Shown piece by piece: positions 59,559 through 64,000 of a stretch of 64,000 nucleotides of DNA. The position numbers were made by a program, and so were the translations under genes. Origin of the DNA: Felis catus (lineage: Eukaryota); NCBI RefSeq assembly GCF_018350175.1, contig NC_058368.1, forward strand, positions 121,026,001-121,090,000, in the 5' to 3' direction. How positions within the stretch are numbered: position 1 is the stretch's first letter; the number at the start of each line of letters is the position of its first letter. Below the pieces are notes generated by a model that did not search any database, was not told the origin of the DNA, and saw only the letters and a program-made list of their open reading frames with translations.

Positions 59559-59943
59559 GGTTTTAATGTAGTTTTTAATCCTGGGGGGGAATCAGGAGAT
59601 CTTTTCTGTAGGTCTACCTCTACCTTCTTGAGTCACGATTTTGGCGAGTCAAATAACATCTTAAAAACTCATGCTTCCTTTTCTGTAACACCCTGCTTCC
59701 CAAACTTGCAGACCAACACATGTACTCAAGAGCCTCTTCTCTGTTGTGCCCCCAAGAGTCTGAGCCAGCAAGTCTTGTGTGCAGCACTTGAATCTGGATT
59801 TGATCAGCAGCTCAGGAAGGGAAGGACTTTTCATTCTGAGAATCCATAATTCCCTGACCTTTCCAACTGATGGATGACATTTTCCACTGCATCTTTTCTA
59901 TGTTGCCAGCCAAACCATTCCCAACATCATCTTCACGTGTACC

Positions 59944-60393
59944 TTTTCTTGAGGTATAACTGGCATACATTATATTAGTCTCAGGTGTACCACATAATGA
60001 ATCAGTATTTGGATATATTGTGAAATGATCACCACAGTAAGTCTATTTAACATCAGCACCATACATAGTTGCAGAATTCATTTTTCTTGTGATGGGAACT
60101 TTTAAGATTTACTCTTAGTAACTTGCAAATGTGCAATACAGTATTAGTAACTACAGTCACCATGCTGTACTTTATATCGCCACATCTTTATTTTATAACT
60201 GCCTTTGGCAACCACTAATTTATCCTCTGTATCTATGAACCTGGCTTTTATTTTTGTTTTAGATTCTACATATCATTGAGCTCATGTGGTATTTGTATTT
60301 CTCTGACTTATTTTCCTTACCATGATACCCTCAAGATCTAACCATGTTGTTAACAAATGGCAAGATTTCATTCTTTTTTATGGCTGAGTGACA

Positions 60394-60425
<32 letters not shown>

Positions 60426-61305
60426 CACACGTGTGTGCACGCACCACATCTTTTACATCTTTTTTATCTGTTCATCCATCAGTGGATATCTAGGTCATTT
60501 CCATATCTTGCCTAATGTAAACAATGCATTATTTACGTGGGGGTACACCTATCTTTTTGAATTAGTGTTCTCATTTTCCTTGGATAAATACCCAGAAGTG
60601 GAATTGCTGGATCATATGGTGGTTCTATTTTTAATTTTTTAAGGAACCTCCATACTGTTTCCCATAGAGGCTGCACCAACTTACATGCCCTTTTTTTCCA
60701 TGAGGGTTCCTTTTTTTTCCACATTCTCACCAACACTTATTATTTCTTGTTTATTGATACAAGTCATTCTAACAGGTGTGAAGTGGCATCTCATTGTGAT
60801 TTTGATTTATACTTCCCTGATGATTTGTGATGTTCAACATTTTCTCATGCATCTGTTAGCCATCTATATGTATTCTTTGGAAAAATGTCTATTCAATTCC
60901 TCTGCTCATTTTATTGAACATTTGTTTGGGTTTTTGTTGCTATTGTTGTTTTGTGTGTGATATAATAAAGTGGTCCAGCTTCATTCTTTCGCATGCAGTT
61001 GTCCAGTATTCCCAACACTGTTTGTTGAAGAGACTGTCTTCATGGTTTCTCTGTTGTAAATTAGTTGACCATATATACATGGGTTTATTTCTGGGCTCTC
61101 TATTCTTCCCCTTTGGTCTGTGTCTGTTTTTAGGCAATACCATAATGTTTTGATGACTACAGCTTTGTAATATAGTTTGAAATCAGGGAGCACAATGCCT
61201 TCAGCTCCTTTCTCAAGAAGAAAGGCTATTTTGGGTCTTTTCTGATACCATAGAGATTTTAGGGCTGTTTATTGTATTTCTGTGAAAAACGCCACTGAAC
61301 TTTTC
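59944..61305 (-). mobile_element. L1 (L1MA9/carnivore-type) 3' portion with internal deletions
   Basis: Minus-strand ORF2 remnants in the track ([53 protein letters not shown]); 3'UTR ends at about 59944. Confidence 0.92.
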
Positions 61306-61709
61306 TTTTGTAATATAAAGATATTTTCAAAACAAATAGCACAAAAACAAATCCATAGTCCATATTAAAACAGAAAAAAGGATATATCATTATAGTAAAA
61401 ATGGCAGAAACACCAGCTAAACACACCCTCAAACCTGCATTGAAGTCCGGAATTTAGGCCAGGTGGAGTCTGGATAAAACCAGAGGCTGGAAGCTCTGAA
61501 CAGAGCCATTCAAGACCTTTTCAACTACCAACATCATGGCCCCTCGTCCCTCTAGTCCATTCCAAGTCCTTCCACAGCAACTGAGTTCCGTGCTTCTACA
61601 TTCCTCCATCCTTACTGTAAACCCCACAACTCCTTGCTCTGGCTCTGTCAAGCACACCACATCTGGCCCCACACAAGTGGCTGCTTGAGGGCAGAGTGCG
61701 TGGATGTGG

Positions 61710-61955
61710 CAGTGTGGTATTCATTAACAGTACACTCTGGAGTCAGAGAGGTTTGGGTTCAAATCCCAAGTTCACCACCCACTAATTCTGTGACCTTGAG
61801 AAAACTGCTTTGTCATTTGGGACCTCAGTTTCCCCGTGAATGAAAGAGGAAGAAGAGTTCCTGTGTCATAGACTTGTTTAGAAAAGTAATTAAGGTAATG
61901 TGTGCCATGCATAGGGCATGGCATCAAGTAAGCTCTTGTAAGTACCAGTTGTTAT
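61710..61955 (+). mobile_element. MIR, near full length
   Basis: ctctggagtcagagaggtttgggttcaaatcccaag...tgtgaccttgagaaaa...cctcagtttccc. Confidence 0.88.
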
Positions 61956-62550
61956 TTGAAAATCCTTCCCAACAATGATCATAGTGCTGAGCACTGACCA
62001 CCACATGGGGTTCAATAATTCTCACCATCAGCAGATGTTTATTCGTTGCCTGTCAGGCCTTCCACCCTGAGCTAGAATCTGTGAAGTAAAGCTGTATAAG
62101 GCACAGCCTCCACTCTTATGAATTGTTTCATTCCTGCTTGTGTCTCCAGCACCTTACCCAATGCCTGGCAGACAGGTGATACTCAAACTGTTTGTGGAAC
62201 TACACTTCTGAGTTTAAAATCTATTGGGTGTTCATATGGGTTTGGAAAACAAACAAACATGCAACCATAAAAAGAAAGTATGAAAAGGAAGTATGTGAGT
62301 AGGTTTTTTTTTTAAATTCTTGAAAACAAAAATAACACCTTACATATATTTGACCTGTGTTCTTCAATCTACTGAAAGCTTTCAAACATAGTTTTCATAC
62401 CTATCTTCGGGAATGCATTAAAGTTTCCATCTTGTTGACAAGTACATACAGGATCAGGGGAATAAAGTGATTTGTGCCACATTACAAAGATGAGCTTTAG
62501 TGGGCTATAAGTTCAGAACAGCTTCTATTTCAAAAGCATAGCTCTTGACT

Positions 62551-62569
62551 TGGCTACCAGGGGGCAATC
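62551..62569 (+). promoter_or_regulatory. Candidate CTCF site
   Basis: TGGCTACCAGGGGGCAATC compared with the core consensus TGGCCACCAGGGGGCGCTA. Confidence 0.45.
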
Positions 62570-62907
62570 TCCATTCTCCTGCCCACATACTTCCATTCTC
62601 AGAGAAAAGGGAAGTCCGAGCAGTATATGAAAAGTCAGCATTTGTGTTAGAAGGGCCCCCAAATTGTATGTCACCTCAAAGTAGTGAAGGGAGGAGAGAA
62701 AAATAATTGCACAAGCCACCAGAGGCACAGAAATACAAGTGACCTCACCTCGGGGGTTCATATCTAGGGCCAGCTTTTAATTTACAAACACAAAGATACT
62801 GAATTTGCGAGTGTCTCATTTTGCTTTTTCTAGAAAAAAAAAAGATATCAGATCCCACCTTTACCATCACTAAACAGTCTCAAGAATAAAGTCCTAAATA
62901 AACTCAC

Positions 62908-62983
62908 CTAAAACACTCTCAGGATGACTTCCACAGAAGCCATTTATGCAGGCTCAACTGTAAAGGTTTATCAGGAAGTCAGG
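62908..62983 (-). other. ZBTB38: Non-coding 5'-UTR exon candidate (76 nt)
   Basis: Acceptor ggatgttttcctgtatcag|cctgac; donor ttttag|gtgagt. An alternative upstream acceptor tcttttaccttttag would start the exon at 63010. Confidence 0.6.
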
Positions 62984-63218
62984 CTGATACAGGAAAACAT
63001 CCCCACTTGGCTAAAAGGTAAAAGACCATTTAGGACAAGTGGCTCCTAAGATTGAAAAGCTAACTCATTAAGCCTCTTAAAAAAAAAAAAAAAAAAAAAA
63101 AAGAGGAAAGCCAGAAAAGGCAAAACCTCACAGGAAAAATATATTCTTACTTCTGAGCAAAAGCAAGAATACGCAGGAATTACTTGGGTTTCTCACTTTA
63201 AAAATTTAAAGTCACTTC

Positions 63219-63418
63219 GGGTGCCTCGTGGCTCAACTGGTTAAGCCTCTGACTCTAGATTTCAGCTTGGGTCATAATCTCATGGTTCTTGAGTTCAAGC
63301 CCTGCATGGGGCTTTGAGCTGGAAGTGTGGAGCTTGCTTGGGATTCTCTCTCTCTGTCTCTCTCTCTTTCTGTCTCTACCCCTCCCCAGGTCTCTTTCAA
63401 AGTAAATAAATAAACTTA
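63219..63418 (+). mobile_element. SINEC_c-like
   Basis: gggtgcctcgtggctcaactggttaagcct...ttgcttgggattctctc; TSD aaaaatttaaa(g/t)(t/c)cactt. Confidence 0.92.
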
Positions 63419-64000
63419 AAAAATTTAAATCCACTTGATGATTTCCAGATAATACTCATCAGAAACCAAATGAGATATAGCTGTGCATTCTATCTCCTTT
63501 CTACCCATTTCCACGTGAATGTAGGACCGCTGCCCAAGCTATGATGGGTTGAGGGGAATTGGAATTAAGATTCATAAAACCCCCTCTCTGCCATCAAGAA
63601 CATACAATCTACTGTGAGATCATGCCAGAAACCCTTGGGAGTATTTACCCATCCCACCACCCTTTTCCCTGGGACATGACTTCCCACCCAATCCAGTCAC
63701 GACCTGGGACGAGCCATATTCGTAAAACCTGACGTCCACCCTCCTGGCTACGCTTGACCTATGAAATGCCAACAAGAGTCTCTTCCAAAGAATTTGTAAA
63801 TGAATGAAATAAGCAGACAGTCTCTTGGTTGGCCAAAACTCTATACAAGATGTACACCTGGACTGTAGAGGCCCACATGATAAGAAAGAGAATACAACAG
63901 ATGCATACTCTTATAGACAAGTGCTGAAGAAGGAATAGTATCTGGGTTCCTGGCATCTCTCAGTCCCAGGGCAGACCATTCTGAAGCCTGCCTGCCTCAC

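Larger units (their letters stand above)
1..64000 (-). other. ZBTB38: Intronic and 5'-UTR region of a minus-strand gene, probably ZBTB38 (coding exon outside the window, left of base 1)
   Basis: Seen: minus-strand splice-bounded exons of 76, 63 and 66 nt separated by introns of about 13.3 kb and 5.37 kb, no long ORF, and L1s almost all on the + strand (antisense bias). Recalled, not verified: the human ZBTB38 leader has non-coding exons of about 75, 63 and 66 nt, a ~5.4 kb intron between the latter two, and a CDS confined to one distant last exon. Needs BLAST confirmation. Confidence 0.55.

Overview
Mammalian genomic DNA from a felid: it carries feline SINEC_Fc SINEs and an L1_Fc 3' end. I find no protein-coding exon. 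Every recognisable ORF in the track is either a SINE or microsatellite read-through or an L1 remnant. The window reads as introns plus short non-coding 5'-UTR exons of a minus-strand gene. Splice-signal-bounded exons of 76 nt (62983-62908), 63 nt (49597-49535) and 66 nt (44162-44097) match my recollection of the non-coding leader of human ZBTB38 in size and spacing. That identification is from memory, not an alignment, and the single large coding exon would lie left of base 1. Further candidate exons sit at 44360-44348 (13 nt), 41182-41113 and 33059-32867. Bases 4-28 kb are dominated by nested LINE-1 fossils, including a near-full-length ancient L1 inserted inside an older L1. The rest is MIR, L2, hAT and MaLR fossils with candidate enhancers. 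The notable oddities are a uORF-laden leader, an AG|GT recursive-type splice junction, a perfect 42-bp palindrome beside a duplicated TCAAGGTCA site, interlocking inverted repeats inside a MER5 element, and a ~60-bp local templated copy inside an L2. I see no clearly novel multi-gene system. Repeat subfamily names are by eye and most boundaries are approximate.
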